Shown: positions 9,659 to 20,835 of the stretch, in pieces
Layout: each line of letters starts with the position of its first letter
Numbering within the stretch: position 1 is the first letter of the stretch
Assembly: GCA_963703285.1 (NCBI GenBank)
Contig: OY969807.1
Location: 1,824,001 to 1,888,000, forward strand
Direction of reading: 5' to 3'
Source: an uncultured Nitrososphaerota archaeon
GTDB lineage: Archaea > Thermoproteota > Nitrososphaeria > Nitrososphaerales > Gagatemarchaeaceae
DNA: 64,000 nucleotides
Made by a program: the position numbers and the translations under genes
The notes under the pieces: model-generated
The model's input: the letters and a program-made list of their open reading frames with translations, nothing else
The model's database searches: none
What the model was told of the DNA's origin: nothing

Positions 9659-11734
9659 ATGCCAGGAGAGCGAAGACCGAACAGGCTGATCAACGAGAAG
9701 AGCCCTTACCTCCTAAAGCACGCTTACAACCCCGTGGACTGGTTCCCGTGGGGCGACGAGGCCTTCGCGAAGGCGAGAGCTGAGGACAAACCGATCTTTC
9801 TAAGCATCGGTTACTCGAGTTGCCATTGGTGCAATGTGATGCACCGTGAGTCCTTCGAGGACGAGAAGGTGGCCTCCGTCCTGAACGACCGCTTCGTCCC
9901 GATCAAGCTCGACAGGGAGGAGAGGCCCGATATCGACGAAGTATACATGAAGTCGGTCATGGCGCTGAACGGCCAGGGTGGCTGGCCCCTCTCGGTCTTC
10001 CTCACCCCCGACCTGAAGCCGTTCTACGGAGGGACCTACTACCCGCCCGCGCCAGCGCACGGCCTTCCGGGTTTCCCCCAGCTCCTCGACTTCGTCTCCG
10101 ACATCTGGAAGAACAAGCGGGAAGAGATTCGCAATAACTCGGACGAGATTACGAAGTACGTGGAGCGCGACAGCGAGCTTCACTCCAGGGACGAGCTTCC
10201 GAGGTCCATCCTGGATGGTGCCTATGCCGAGATCGTCTCCAACCTCGACGAACAGTTCGGGGGGTTCAGCGCGGCGCCGAAGTTCCCCCTCCCCAACTAC
10301 CTCGAGTTCCTGCTCCGCTACCACGCGCGGACCAAGAAAGAGACGGCGCTTCGGGCGGTGAGGAAGACGCTCGAGTCGATGTCGGCCGGTGGGATACACG
10401 ATCAGCTCGGCGGGGGCTTCCACCGCTACTCGACGGACAGGCAGTGGCTCGTGCCCCACTTCGAGAAGATGCTCTACGACAACGCACTGCTGGCCCGGGT
10501 TTACCTGGAGGCATATCAGGTCTCGGGCGAGACTTCGTTCCTCGAGACGGCCACCGACACGCTCGAATGGATGCTGAGGGAGATGAGGGGGCCGGAGGGA
10601 GCGTTCTACTCCGCCCAGGACGCTGACACGCGCAACGGAGAGGGCTACTACTATACGTGGACGCCGAAGGAGACCGAGATGGTCCTCGGCAAGGAGAACT
10701 CCACCGTGATGGACGAGCTTTTTGGAGTCGCCCCCGAGGGCAACTTCGAGGGCCGCCGGTCGATTCTCCACCTCGCAAGCTCCATCGAGAGGGTTGCCTC
10801 CAGGTCGGAAGTCAACCCAGAGGCGGTGAGGAGCATCGTGAAGGAATCCAAGGGCAAGCTGCTCGAGGCCCGCCAGAAGAGGGCCCACCCGGCGGTCGAC
10901 GACAAGGTCCTCGCGTCCTGGAACGGGCTCGCCATCTCGGCGCTCGCCTGCGCCTACCAGGCCACTGGAGAGCGGAAGTATCTGGACGCCGCCGGCGGCG
11001 CGGCTCGCTTCATCCTGAGCACCTTGGTGTCATCCGGCAACCTCTTCAGGAGGTACAGGGACGGTGCGGTCGCCGTGGAGGGAGAGCTCGAGGACTACTC
11101 ATTCCTCGCCGCAGGGCTGCTCGACCTCTACGAGGCAGGGTTCGACCCTTCGTACCTCAGGGGGGCGATCCGGCTCGCCGAGAGGATGGTCGAGCTCTTC
11201 TGGGACCCCAAGGAGGGGGCCTTCTTCATGAGCCGTTCCCCCGACCTCCTCGTCAGAATCAAGGAGGGGTACGATGGTCCGACTCCCTCGGGCAACTCGA
11301 TGGCGGCGCTGACGCTCCTCCGACTCTCGGAGTTCACCGGGCGCGGGGACTTCAGGGAGACGGCCGAGAGGACGCTGAAGGCCTTCGGAGACCCGATGGA
11401 GTCTTCGCCCTTCTCCTACACCTACATGCTCTGCGCGCTCGACTTTTGGTTAGGCTCGAAGGAGATCGTCGTCGCCGGGAAGACGGAGGAGAGGGGGACT
11501 CGGGAGCTCGTCAGGGAGATACAGCGCCGCTTCCTCCCGAACAAGGTCCTCGCGCTCGCAGCCCCCGACGTCCCCGAGATCTCCTCGCTCACCGAAGGCA
11601 AGGGAGAGGTGAGCGGGATGCCTGCGGTCTACGTCTGTGAGAACTTCGCCTGCAAGAGCCCGGTCACGGAGCTCGAGTCCCTGAAGAAGCAGCTCGAACC
11701 CAGCGGAGTCAGAGGAGGTCCAGCGGCCGCTTGA
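9659..11734 (+). CDS. YyaL/SPATA20-like thioredoxin-domain protein
   Basis: [36 protein letters not shown]. Confidence 0.95.
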   Translation: MPGERRPNRLINEKSPYLLKHAYNPVDWFPWGDEAFAKARAEDKPIFLSIGYSSCHWCNVMHRESFEDEKVASVLNDRFVPIKLDREERPDIDEVYMKSVMALNGQGGWPLSVFLTPDLKPFYGGTYYPPAPAHGLPGFPQLLDFVSDIWKNKREEIRNNSDEITKYVERDSELHSRDELPRSILDGAYAEIVSNLDEQFGGFSAAPKFPLPNYLEFLLRYHARTKKETALRAVRKTLESMSAGGIHDQLGGGFHRYSTDRQWLVPHFEKMLYDNALLARVYLEAYQVSGETSFLETATDTLEWMLREMRGPEGAFYSAQDADTRNGEGYYYTWTPKETEMVLGKENSTVMDELFGVAPEGNFEGRRSILHLASSIERVASRSEVNPEAVRSIVKESKGKLLEARQKRAHPAVDDKVLASWNGLAISALACAYQATGERKYLDAAGGAARFILSTLVSSGNLFRRYRDGAVAVEGELEDYSFLAAGLLDLYEAGFDPSYLRGAIRLAERMVELFWDPKEGAFFMSRSPDLLVRIKEGYDGPTPSGNSMAALTLLRLSEFTGRGDFRETAERTLKAFGDPMESSPFSYTYMLCALDFWLGSKEIVVAGKTEERGTRELVREIQRRFLPNKVLALAAPDVPEISSLTEGKGEVSGMPAVYVCENFACKSPVTELESLKKQLEPSGVRGGPAAA

Positions 11735-12561
11735 AGGTCTCGATTCTGATAGACCCAGAGCGGCCCAAGGTGAAACGGCGGGACGTCTTGAAGATGGTCA
11801 GGGACGCTGGAATCGAGGTCGCTCAGCGGCACCCCCACCTCGGCATCGTGGTCGGCGGGGACGGCGTCTTCAGCCACTACGGCAGGCTGATGCCGATGCC
11901 CCTTCTTTTCGTGGGGGTGCGTTCTCCGGAGCCCACGGCCTCCAGGGGGTACCTGGCCGAGGTCCGGTTCGACCAGCTCTCGGAGGCCCTCCATAGCATC
12001 AAGAGGAGGAGGTACACCGTCGTCGAGTACAAGCGCCTCCGCGTCTCGATAAACGGGAAGACCACCGGGGAGGTCTTCACGGACGTCTCCCTAGAGAAGG
12101 GAGCGGAGAGCAACTGCCTTAGGTATCACCTGGACGTGAAGGGCAAGGGGCTCTCGTTCACAGACTCGGCCATATCCAACGGCGTGATCCTCTGCACGAG
12201 CGCCGGATCGACCGGTTACTACTCTTACATTGACAGGCTTAGGAGGGGGGACAGGCTGGAGCCGGAGAAGTACACGCAGATAGGCAGCGAGGAGGTGGGC
12301 GTGTGCCATATCGCACCCGTCCTGACGGCCCGCGAGAACACCAGAGAGGCACCGCTCCGGTACACCGTGCCGTGGGGCGCTTCCTTCAGGCTCAGGCTCA
12401 CCCGCGACGCCGACGCGCGCCTCTTCGGGACGCTAAAATCGAGGGCAGGGATTCGCGTCAGAGTGGGAGATATCGTGGAGGTGAGCCCGAGCCCGAACAC
12501 GACCCAGGTGGTCAGGCTGCGACCAGGGTCCGACCCGCCAGCCGCTCGAGAAGCTCCGTGA
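11731..12561 (+). CDS. NAD kinase family protein
   Basis: VVGGDG motif, TSAGSTGY motif. Confidence 0.8.
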   Translation: MKVSILIDPERPKVKRRDVLKMVRDAGIEVAQRHPHLGIVVGGDGVFSHYGRLMPMPLLFVGVRSPEPTASRGYLAEVRFDQLSEALHSIKRRRYTVVEYKRLRVSINGKTTGEVFTDVSLEKGAESNCLRYHLDVKGKGLSFTDSAISNGVILCTSAGSTGYYSYIDRLRRGDRLEPEKYTQIGSEEVGVCHIAPVLTARENTREAPLRYTVPWGASFRLRLTRDADARLFGTLKSRAGIRVRVGDIVEVSPSPNTTQVVRLRPGSDPPAAREAP

Positions 12562-13759
12562 GCCCGGACCTGTCCGCGACGAGCGGCGTCCCCTCGACGT
12601 CCGTCACGATGGTCTCCTGGTCCTTCAGCCCGTTGCCCGTCGCGACGCAGACGACTACCGCGTCCTTCTCGAGCCTGCCTCCGACCTCCTTCAGGGCTGC
12701 GATGGGCGTCGCGCTTGCGGGCTCTACGAATATCCCCTCCTTGGAGGCGAGCAGTCTCCTCGCCGACGTGATCTCCTCGTCCGTCACAGTGAGCATCATA
12801 CCGTTCGACTCCTTCAGCGCTGCGAGCGCCTTCTTTGCCGATGCAGGCTTGCCGATTCTGATCGCGGAGGCGACTGTGTTGGGGTTCTGCACCGGAACAA
12901 CAGCGTCGCTCCCCTTCCAGAACGCCTTCGCGATGGGAGACGCCCCCTCCGCCTGCACCCCGGCCATGCGGGGGACCTTCTTGGTGATTCCGAAGTCCCT
13001 GAGCTCCCTGAAACCCTTCCAGATCGCGCTGATGTTCCCGGCGTTTCCCACCGGCAGCACGACGTAGTCCGGCACGGAGAAACCCAGCTGCTCGTAGATC
13101 TCGAAGGCGGCCGACTTCTGTCCCTCCAGGCGGTACGGGTTTACAGAATTCATCCCGGAGAAGCCAGGCAGGCCCGCTATCGTCTGAAGCAGCATCGCCA
13201 GGGCGTCATCGAAGGTACCGTCCACCCTGATTATGGCGGCTCCGTAGGCGGTAGCCTGGACCATCTTGCCTGCGGCCACCTTCCCGGCGGGGACGATAAT
13301 CGCGGCCATGACGCCCGCCCTCGCGGCGTAGGCCGACATCGAAGCCGATGTGTTCCCGGTCGAGGCGCAGATCAGGACGCGGACGCCCGACTGCACTGCG
13401 CGCGTCACCGAGACGGTCATCCCCCTGTCCTTGAAGGAGCCCGTGGGGTTCTGCCCTTCGTTCTTGACGTAGAGGTTCTTCACCCCAAGCTCCTCCGAGA
13501 GGTTGACGGTCCTGATGAGAGGAGTGTGTCCCTCGTCCAGCGACACGGGGCGGACGTCCGCGTCGAACGGGAGCAGGGAACGGAACCGCCAGATTCCTTC
13601 TCCGGTCCTGCCGAAGAGCTCTGCCCGCGATAGCGCACCGCCCTCCCTGACCGCTTCGAGGAGACCCCCGCAGCGGGAGCACGTGTAGCCCGGCGGGTCC
13701 GACTCGAACCTCGAACCGCAGTCTATGCAGCGCAGGACCCAGCCGGCGGCGACCTTCAT
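12512..13759 (-). CDS. thrC: Threonine synthase
   Basis: N-terminal Zn ribbon, NPTGSFKDRG, ASTGNT, PVGNAGN, TGNGLKD. Confidence 0.95.
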   Translation of the reverse strand: MKVAAGWVLRCIDCGSRFESDPPGYTCSRCGGLLEAVREGGALSRAELFGRTGEGIWRFRSLLPFDADVRPVSLDEGHTPLIRTVNLSEELGVKNLYVKNEGQNPTGSFKDRGMTVSVTRAVQSGVRVLICASTGNTSASMSAYAARAGVMAAIIVPAGKVAAGKMVQATAYGAAIIRVDGTFDDALAMLLQTIAGLPGFSGMNSVNPYRLEGQKSAAFEIYEQLGFSVPDYVVLPVGNAGNISAIWKGFRELRDFGITKKVPRMAGVQAEGASPIAKAFWKGSDAVVPVQNPNTVASAIRIGKPASAKKALAALKESNGMMLTVTDEEITSARRLLASKEGIFVEPASATPIAALKEVGGRLEKDAVVVCVATGNGLKDQETIVTDVEGTPLVADRSGLTELLERLAGRTLVAA

Positions 13760-14688
13760 ACCCTCGCGGCGCCCCCTCCGACCTTCGTCACGAAGCCGTC
13801 CGACTCTACGCCCTCCTCGCCGAAGCCCGCCACCATGTTGTCCATCACTGCGCGTGGGTCGTGCTTCGTCCGGTCGAGTAGGGCGAGCATCGAGGGTCCG
13901 CCCCCGCTTATGCAGACGCCCGCGGCGCCAGCCTCGAGTGCATGCCTCTTGACCGAGTCGTAGCCGGGAATTAGCTTCTTGCGTGCTTGCTCTACGACCT
14001 TGTCGTCCATCCCCGTCCCTATCATCTCTATGTCTCCAATCGCGAAACCCGAGACTATGAGGCTGGCGTTTGCAACGTTTGAAACCATCCTTTTCAGTTC
14101 GACCACCTTCGGAAGGACCGACCGGGTGTACTCCGTCTTGCGTTCCGGCAGCTTCAGGACGGGCGTGACCATCACGAGCACGAGGTCCGATGGAGGATCG
14201 AACCTGATGGCAGAGGGCCTCCCGGTATCCCTAACCACGACGAACCCGCCGAGGACCGAGGCGGAGACGTTGTCGTAGTGGGCGCTCCCAGCTGTAACCT
14301 CCTCCCCCTTCCCGGCGTAGTATATCTTGTCGTCATTGCTCATGCCAAGAGCGAAGAGCTCGTTCATGCCGAAGGCTGCCGCCGCGGCCGATGCCCCGCT
14401 GCTCCCCATACCGAGCCCGATGGGGACGCCCTTCGTGATCTCGACCGCTATCCGCTTCTTGATCCCAAAATCCCGTGCTATCGCGAGGCAGACTGCCCCC
14501 GCGCCATTCTTGGCGGCTTCGAGCGGTGTCGTGACGTCCCCCCAATTCTTTATCTCGACGGAGAGCTGCTGCGCGCCCTCTGAGCTCAGCGCCACTCTGT
14601 CCCTCGGTCTGTCGAAGGCCAGCGCGAAGACGTCGAAGCCAGGGCCGAGGTTGGCTGACGACGCAGGCGCCTCCACGGTGACCTTCAA
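13756..14688 (-). CDS. thrB: Homoserine kinase
   Basis: PASSANLGPGFD, PIGLGMGSSGA GHMP motif, HYDNV. Confidence 0.95.
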   Translation of the reverse strand: MKVTVEAPASSANLGPGFDVFALAFDRPRDRVALSSEGAQQLSVEIKNWGDVTTPLEAAKNGAGAVCLAIARDFGIKKRIAVEITKGVPIGLGMGSSGASAAAAAFGMNELFALGMSNDDKIYYAGKGEEVTAGSAHYDNVSASVLGGFVVVRDTGRPSAIRFDPPSDLVLVMVTPVLKLPERKTEYTRSVLPKVVELKRMVSNVANASLIVSGFAIGDIEMIGTGMDDKVVEQARKKLIPGYDSVKRHALEAGAAGVCISGGGPSMLALLDRTKHDPRAVMDNMVAGFGEEGVESDGFVTKVGGGAARV

Positions 14689-14798
14689 TTCGGTCGCCGC
14701 GTCGCGACAATCGATTATATGACTATCGGCGCTTCATCGACGCGGAACCAGACCAAACACTTTTAGCGCTTGCACGCTCCCGACCGCGACCAACCTCC

Positions 14799-16344
14799 TT
14801 GCTCCCCGAGAACACGCTCCAGCCGAGGGCCTACCAGCAGAACATCGCCCGGGTAGCCTCGCAGACCAACACGCTTGTCGTCCTTCCGACAGGGCTGGGG
14901 AAGACCATGGTCGCGATGCTGGTCGCCAAGGCGAGGCTCGAGAAGTTCCCCAAGGGAAAAGTCGTCATGCTGGCGCCCACGAAGCCCCTCGCGCTGCAGC
15001 ACTATGAGACCTTCAAGAGGATGCTTTCCCTCGACGACAGCGAGGTCGCCATCATGACGGGCGAGACGCACCCCGAAGAGCGGTCCTATCTGTGGAGGAA
15101 GTCCAGGTACGTCTTCGCGACCCCTCAGACAGTGAGGAACGACCTGCGGGCGGGTAGGGTCGAGCTGAACGAGACCGTGCTCCTGGTCTTCGACGAGGCG
15201 CACCGCTCCGTGAAGGACTACTCCTACACGCAGCTCGCCCAGATCTACAAGGACCAGGGCTGGAACCCGCTGATAATGGGCCTCACCGCATCCCCGGGCG
15301 GGTCGAGGGCGAAGGTCAACGAGATAATGCAGAATCTCTTCATCGAGAAGTTGGAGATCAGGAGCGAGGAGGACGAGGACGTGAAGCCCTACGTGGAGCA
15401 GACCAAGATCGAAGGCATCAGGGTGGCGCTGCCTCCGGAGTACTCGACGCTAATCCACGCGCTGAGGGAGATTTACAACGAGAAGGTGACCCGGCTGGTG
15501 GAGGCGGGGTTCCTCCCGAAGAATCGCCTGACCAAGACGATGCTCCTCGCAGCGCAGGGGGACGATCCTCTCGCGACTGAAGTCGAGCGGGGGGAACAAG
15601 GGATACCTCTACGGCTCCCTGATCAGCCAAGCCCAGGGGATCATGATCCTCCACGCCGTGGAGCTGCTCGAGACACAGGGTCCAGCGGTCCTGGAGAAGT
15701 ACCTCGTCAGGTTCAGGGCGAAGCCGGAGCAGGGAAAATCGGCGCAGGCGCTGCTGAAGGACAAGCGTTGGATATTCATAGAGTCCGAGGCGGAGAAGCT
15801 CAGGGACTTCCCCAACCCCAAGCTCGAGAAGGTGGCGGAGATAGTGAGGGACCAGCTCTCCTCGAAGCCCGGCGCCAAGATCATCGTCTTCACACAGTAC
15901 AGGGACACGATAGACACGATAGTCGAGCGCCTCTCGGCGATACGCGTGAGCTCGATGCGCTTCGTTGGGCAGGCCGACAAGGTCGGCAACGAAGGGATGG
16001 ACCAGAAGGAGCAGTCCCAGGCCCTGGAGCAATTCCGTGGGGGCGACTTCTCGGTGCTCGTGAGCAGCAGCATCGGGGAGGAGGGGCTGCACGTGCCGGA
16101 CGTCGACCTCGTGGTCTTCTACGAGGCGGTGCCCTCCGAGATACGGTCGATCCAGAGGAAGGGGAGGACGGGGAGGACCCGTCCGGGGAGGGTCATAATA
16201 CTGCTGGCGGAGGGGACCGTCGACGAGGCCTACTACTACAGCAGCGTGAACAGGGAGAAGTTCATGAAGACCCTCGTCACGGGAGGCGAGATTAAGAAGA
16301 CGGAGAGGAAGAAGAAGCCGACGACCCTTCTGGACTACATGTAG
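14799..16344 (+). CDS. hef: Hef/FANCM-like SF2 helicase (helicase only), 1-nt frameshift near 15555-15561
   Basis: LPTGLGKT, DEAH, TAS in the first frame. FTQYR, SIGEEGLHVP, IQRKGRTGR in the second frame. Removing one base restores a continuous ORF. Confidence 0.88.
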
Positions 16345-16804
16345 CCTCGTCTTGGCCGGCCCGCACCATCGCGTTCTTGAGGCTCCCGAAGACCTCTTTC
16401 ACCTTCTTCTCCGCGAACCCGTTGAGGACGCTGGAGCCCACCCCGGCCATCACCCCCGTTATTTCGACCTCGGAGACCCACTTCATCTTCGTGGGCACAT
16501 CCCCCTGGAGGTCGAAGTCGCTCGTGATCTTCATGTTGGTGCCGCTCCCCGCCGCCTCGGCGTAGAGCCTCGCGTGCTCCGGCCGCCGCCTGTCCTCTAT
16601 CCTCATCCTGACCGCCATGTCCGCGTTCAGGAAGGATACCCCAACCCTCATCTTCGCCTCGATGTTGCTCTCGTCGATAACCTTCGCCTCTCTGACGTCG
16701 GGGAGTGACTTGGCGAGGAAGGACGAGTCGCTCAGCAGCAGGAAGACCCTCTCCCTCGGAAGGGCAAGCTCCTCCGACCCCTGGAGATGGAGCCGCATGT
16801 TCAT
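16292..16804 (-). CDS. CoxG/SRPBCC domain protein
   Basis: CoxG-like pattern (LPRERVF..LSD..FLAKSLP, GVMAGVGSSVL). Confidence 0.8.
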   Translation of the reverse strand: MNMRLHLQGSEELALPRERVFLLLSDSSFLAKSLPDVREAKVIDESNIEAKMRVGVSFLNADMAVRMRIEDRRRPEHARLYAEAAGSGTNMKITSDFDLQGDVPTKMKWVSEVEITGVMAGVGSSVLNGFAEKKVKEVFGSLKNAMVRAGQDEATCSPEGSSASSSSPSS

Positions 16805-16906
16805 CCAGCTTCGATGTCGCTCTTTATCCCTTATGATTTGGGTGTTGTCCGCTCCGCGGGAGTTCCCCCACCCACCGTTGGGAGATGCTCGCTCGCCGAA
16901 GGAAGG

Positions 16907-17572
16907 CTAGAAGCCCACGAGCTTGCCGACGAGGGCCACGATCGCTACAGCGTAGACCGAGACATTGTAGAGCCCGAGCAGGAATAGAGCGTCCTTCCAG
17001 GCGGGCGACTCTCTGCTCATGACGGCCAGGTGGTGCATCATCACTACGCTTAGACCTATGAAGATGGAGAGACCCACGGCAAGAAGGCTGATCGTCGAGC
17101 TCTGGATGAGGTAGGCTCCGAGGAACGGGATTGTCCCCCACGTGAGGCCGAACCCCAGGTACGAGTGAACCATCTTCGGATTCTCCCTTGGGTAGGCGAT
17201 GGCCGCGAAGCCCTCGATGACCACGAACGCGAGGAAGACGATGTCCCAGCGCAGCGCCATGTACACCCCCAGGACGATGCCCAGAGCGACGGAGACGAAC
17301 CCTACGGCGAGCATCCCTTTGGGAATCCTGATGTACGGTGAGAACTTCTCCTTGCTCGTCCCGATGTCGATGTAGTGGGCTCCCACGATCAGCCCGAGGA
17401 AGGCCGCGAGGATCGTCAAGAGGTATATCTCGACGCTGAAGCTCGGAGATATCGCCTGCGCAAGGGTCAGCCAGCCCAGGAAGACGAAGCTGAAGGGTGT
17501 CCTGAGACCATAAAGCCAGGTGTTCTTACTCCACGGCCTGATCATATCAGGTTCGACGGGTGGGGTCTCCAA
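16907..17572 (-). CDS. Multi-pass membrane protein, possibly UbiA superfamily
   Basis: About seven TM helices, AHYID after TM2, divergent from a UbiE-like methyltransferase. Confidence 0.6.
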   Translation of the reverse strand: METPPVEPDMIRPWSKNTWLYGLRTPFSFVFLGWLTLAQAISPSFSVEIYLLTILAAFLGLIVGAHYIDIGTSKEKFSPYIRIPKGMLAVGFVSVALGIVLGVYMALRWDIVFLAFVVIEGFAAIAYPRENPKMVHSYLGFGLTWGTIPFLGAYLIQSSTISLLAVGLSIFIGLSVVMMHHLAVMSRESPAWKDALFLLGLYNVSVYAVAIVALVGKLVGF

Positions 17573-17627
17573 CCGTCCCGATGGACGTCTTCAGAATATT
17601 TAAGGTATGCCGGCGCGTGCGGGAACC

Positions 17628-18320
17628 ATGAGCCAGGGTCTCCAGCCCCTCGCGAAGAAGATCTTCCAAGGGCTCTCGCCGTCGTACGACAGGGTGCTCG
17701 AGGCAGTCACGCTCCTCCAGGACAGGTACTGGAAGAGGTGGCTCCTCGAGGGGGCCTCTCTGAGAGAAGGTCAGACGATACTCGACGTGGGCTGCGGGAC
17801 TGGGGTCCTGGAGGAGAGCATTGCGGATGGGAGGGTGAAGGTCGTGGGCCTGGACCTCACCGAAGAGATGCTCAGGCTGGCGCAGCACAAGGGTCTGCCA
17901 TCGCTCAGCTCCTTCTGCCTCGGAGACGCGGAGAGGCTACCCTTCAGGGACGGAACCTTCGACGTCGTGCTCTCCTGCTACGTCGTGAAGTACTGCAGCG
18001 CGCAGCTGCTCGCCTCCGAGGCCTCGCGCGTCCTCCGGCGCGGGGGCAGGCTGGTCCTCTACGACTTCTCCCGGCCCAGGGGAGCTTACGCTCCGTTCCT
18101 GGCATTCTACGTCTACGGCGTGCTCAGGATTCTCGGGACGCTCATGCGCCTCGTCGGCTCGAAGGGTGCCTTCACGTACCAGGCTCTCCCCTCGGTGATT
18201 CGCGACCGCCCGTGGGACGAGACGCTCGGCGGGGTCCTCATCTCGGCCGGATTCCGAGATGTCGGGAGAAAGAGCCTCTCAGGCGGGGCGGCCACCGGGT
18301 TCCAGGCGACGAGGTCGTAG
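17628..18320 (+). CDS. UbiE/MenG-like class I SAM methyltransferase
   Basis: FQGLSPSYD, LDVGCGTG, GDAERLPF, GGRL. Confidence 0.85.
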   Translation: MSQGLQPLAKKIFQGLSPSYDRVLEAVTLLQDRYWKRWLLEGASLREGQTILDVGCGTGVLEESIADGRVKVVGLDLTEEMLRLAQHKGLPSLSSFCLGDAERLPFRDGTFDVVLSCYVVKYCSAQLLASEASRVLRRGGRLVLYDFSRPRGAYAPFLAFYVYGVLRILGTLMRLVGSKGAFTYQALPSVIRDRPWDETLGGVLISAGFRDVGRKSLSGGAATGFQATRS

Positions 18321-18365
18321 ACGCCCGCCAAACTATTTAGTTCTCCGGGGGACGGGTCCCGCGCA

Positions 18366-18869
18366 ATGTCAGTCGTAAGCGGAGAGGAGGTCGCGGCCTG
18401 CTGCAAGGGCTACGTCAAGATCAACCCGAACGGCGTGGACCTGGCCCCTAAGCAGGTCTCCAAGCTCCCGATGGACGCGACGATTTTCCTTCACGGCGCG
18501 GAGAGGGGATATCTCGGCCAGGGAGGAGAGCTGATTACCATTAAGGAGGACCTGCCGCCAGACGAGGCCGGTTTCTACCGCTTCGAGCGCGGAGCGATGT
18601 ACGAGCTGAGGTTCCCGGAGGTGAGCGTCCCGTCCACGTGCACCGGCGTCGCGTTCCCGCGCTCCACGATGAACAGGCTGGGAATCGTGAAGCTGGAATC
18701 AGCGGTCTTCGACAGCGGCTACCGGGGCGAGCCGACGCAGGTGATACTCACGCCGATTCGCGCCCAGGTCCACCGCGACGAGGCGATGGTCCAGCTCGTC
18801 TTCTTCAGGAACGAGAAGCAGTCGAGCAACCTCTACTCGGGCTTCTACCAGAACGAGAAGGGGAGGTAG
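18366..18869 (+). CDS. Trimeric dUTPase/dCTP deaminase family protein
   Basis: PNGVDL, PRSTMNRLG, FDSGYRG, YSGFYQ. Confidence 0.88.
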   Translation: MSVVSGEEVAACCKGYVKINPNGVDLAPKQVSKLPMDATIFLHGAERGYLGQGGELITIKEDLPPDEAGFYRFERGAMYELRFPEVSVPSTCTGVAFPRSTMNRLGIVKLESAVFDSGYRGEPTQVILTPIRAQVHRDEAMVQLVFFRNEKQSSNLYSGFYQNEKGR

Positions 18870-18873
18870 CGGG

Positions 18874-19557
18874 TCACTTCTTGCCGGGAAGAACCACATC
18901 ACGGTAGTACCTGCAGCTGGCCGTGATGGTGCAGATGTCGCACCGCGGCCCGACGGGCTTGCACGTCGTCTGCCCGAACCTCACGAAGAGCTCGTTCAAC
19001 TCCAGCCAGTACCTCTTGGGAATCGACTTGGTCAGCTCGGCCTCCGTCTCCTCGGGCGTCTTGGTCTGGACGAGCCCGAGCCGGTTGGCAATCCTGTGCA
19101 CGTGCGTATCGACCGGTATCGCCGGCTTGTTGAACCCGTAGACGAGGACGCAGTTGGCTGTCTTCCTCCCGACCGCGTGAAGGGTGAGCAGGTCGTCGAT
19201 GTCGTCGGGTACCCTTCCGCCGAATTCCTCTACAATCTGCTTGGCGACCCTGATGACGTTCCTCGCCTTGACGTTGTAGAATCCGACAGACCTTATGAGC
19301 TTCCTGACCGTTCTTGGATTTGCGCTCGCGAGCTTCTCCGGCGTGTCGTAGACCGAGAACAGGCTCTCGGTCGCCCTCCTCGTGCTCTCGTCCCTCGTCC
19401 GGTGGGAAAGGACCGTGCCTATGAGAATCCTGAAGGGGTCTCCCCCCTCCGCCGACCGGAGCTCTCCCAGGGCGGTGGCGCGCTTGTCCTCGCTCGAATC
19501 GACCATCTTCCTGATTCGTCCGAGCAGGAACCCTATCCTAGGTCTTTGGTCACCCAT
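18874..19557 (-). CDS. nth: Endonuclease III
   Basis: HhH motif VGRKTAN, PVDTHV, C-x6-C-x2-C-x5-C 4Fe-4S motif. Confidence 0.95.
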   Translation of the reverse strand: MGDQRPRIGFLLGRIRKMVDSSEDKRATALGELRSAEGGDPFRILIGTVLSHRTRDESTRRATESLFSVYDTPEKLASANPRTVRKLIRSVGFYNVKARNVIRVAKQIVEEFGGRVPDDIDDLLTLHAVGRKTANCVLVYGFNKPAIPVDTHVHRIANRLGLVQTKTPEETEAELTKSIPKRYWLELNELFVRFGQTTCKPVGPRCDICTITASCRYYRDVVLPGKK

Positions 19558-20489
19558 GGCTCTTTCCTGTACCATGCAGACACCTCAGCTACCGTCCTCC
19601 CCAGGTCGAAACCGGGCGAGTAGGCAATTCTCTTCCACGAGTCCTGTTCCTCGAGCGTCAGCCCTGCCCTCATCTCCTCAGCGCCGTACTGCGGAACCTC
19701 GCCTCTCCCTGAAAGGACACCCTGCTGCTTGACCTCGACCCTCTTGTCCTCGGCCCTCGCCAGGGACCTCGCTAGCTCTTCGGCGCTGACATCGAAGGAC
19801 TTCACCTGGAACGGTGCCGGCTCGGCCGCCGAGTTCGCCGCTCTGAGGAGCGCCTGAGCGACGTCCTTGGGATGGGTGACAGAGATTTTGGCCGAGCCTC
19901 CGGAGGGCAGGACGACCTTTCCCCTCTCGATCATCTTCAGGATGGGGATGACGATGCCAGGGTCCCTCGAACCGACTGCCTTCGCCGCCCTGACCACTCG
20001 GACCTGCATCTCGGGGTGCCTCTTGCCAAACTCCAACACCATGGCCTCGCCCTCGAGCTTCGACCTCTGGTACTCGTCGCTCGGCTTCGGCGTCCTCTCC
20101 TTCCCTATCACACCTCCCGGCCGGAACCCGTAGACGTCCAGCGTGCTGAGGTGGACGAAGGTCTTCACCTCGTGCTCGCCCGCCTCCTCGAGCAGGTTTG
20201 CGAGACCCTTCCCGTTGAACTCGGCGTACTCCTCGGGCGACCTTCCCGGCGGAGGGGAGGCCAGGCTGTAGACCACGTCGACCATGTCCAGGGGCTCGTG
20301 CAGGCTGTGCCTGTCCATAAGGTCGGCCTCCAGGCACTGGACGCCGCACTGGTCCAGGATTCTCAGGTGCGACCCCTTCCTGAAGATGCCCTTCGAGATC
20401 TCACCCTCGGCGAAGAAGTACTCCGCAAGGTGCCCCCCGATGAACCCGGTGCCTCCGACGATGAGGTTCGTCTTCCTGCCCCCGGACCT
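19533..20489 (-). CDS. NAD-dependent epimerase/dehydratase (start codon unresolved)
   Basis: YQRSK catalytic motif. The in-frame upstream extension encodes [11 protein letters not shown] but has no ATG/GTG/TTG. Confidence 0.85.
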   Translation of the reverse strand, partial: RSGGRKTNLIVGGTGFIGGHLAEYFFAEGEISKGIFRKGSHLRILDQCGVQCLEADLMDRHSLHEPLDMVDVVYSLASPPPGRSPEEYAEFNGKGLANLLEEAGEHEVKTFVHLSTLDVYGFRPGGVIGKERTPKPSDEYQRSKLEGEAMVLEFGKRHPEMQVRVVRAAKAVGSRDPGIVIPILKMIERGKVVLPSGGSAKISVTHPKDVAQALLRAANSAAEPAPFQVKSFDVSAEELARSLARAEDKRVEVKQQGVLSGRGEVPQYGAEEMRAGLTLEEQDSWKRIAYSPGFDLGRTVAEVSAWYRKEPWVTKDLG

Positions 20490-20793
20490 ACGACGGAGGG
20501 TCCTTCCCTTCCTTCGGCTTTATCTCGAAGTCTCCGCTGACGAGCTTCATCTGGAGGTCCTCCTCGAACTCGGGGAGGCTACCAACGAGCGCCTCCAGCT
20601 TCTTCTTGGACGCGGGCGAGAGGCGAGGCGCGACGTTCTGCCCCCCGTACCGCCCGTACGCTATGCCCGTGAACCGAATCTTCTGCCCCCCCACGTCGAT
20701 GTACCCTCGCAGAATGTTCGCAATCTCCCCTCCGGTGACCTCGTCTATCACCACGCCGTAGGTTGGGAGGTTGCTCCTTCTCTCGGGTCTCAA
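20488..20793 (-). CDS. Hypothetical protein
   Basis: 101 aa, co-oriented in an operon, genome-like codon usage. Confidence 0.65.
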   Translation of the reverse strand: MRPERRSNLPTYGVVIDEVTGGEIANILRGYIDVGGQKIRFTGIAYGRYGGQNVAPRLSPASKKKLEALVGSLPEFEEDLQMKLVSGDFEIKPKEGKDPPS

Positions 20794-20835
20794 GGTTTCG
20801 AGCGTTGCGGAATCGAGCTATATGAACGGTGTCTC

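Noticed and set aside
500-15561. Programmed frameshifting shared by the methyltransferase and Hef breaks (both near GCAGGG)
   Set aside because: No slippery heptamer or stimulatory structure seen. Single-base indel errors are the simpler explanation.
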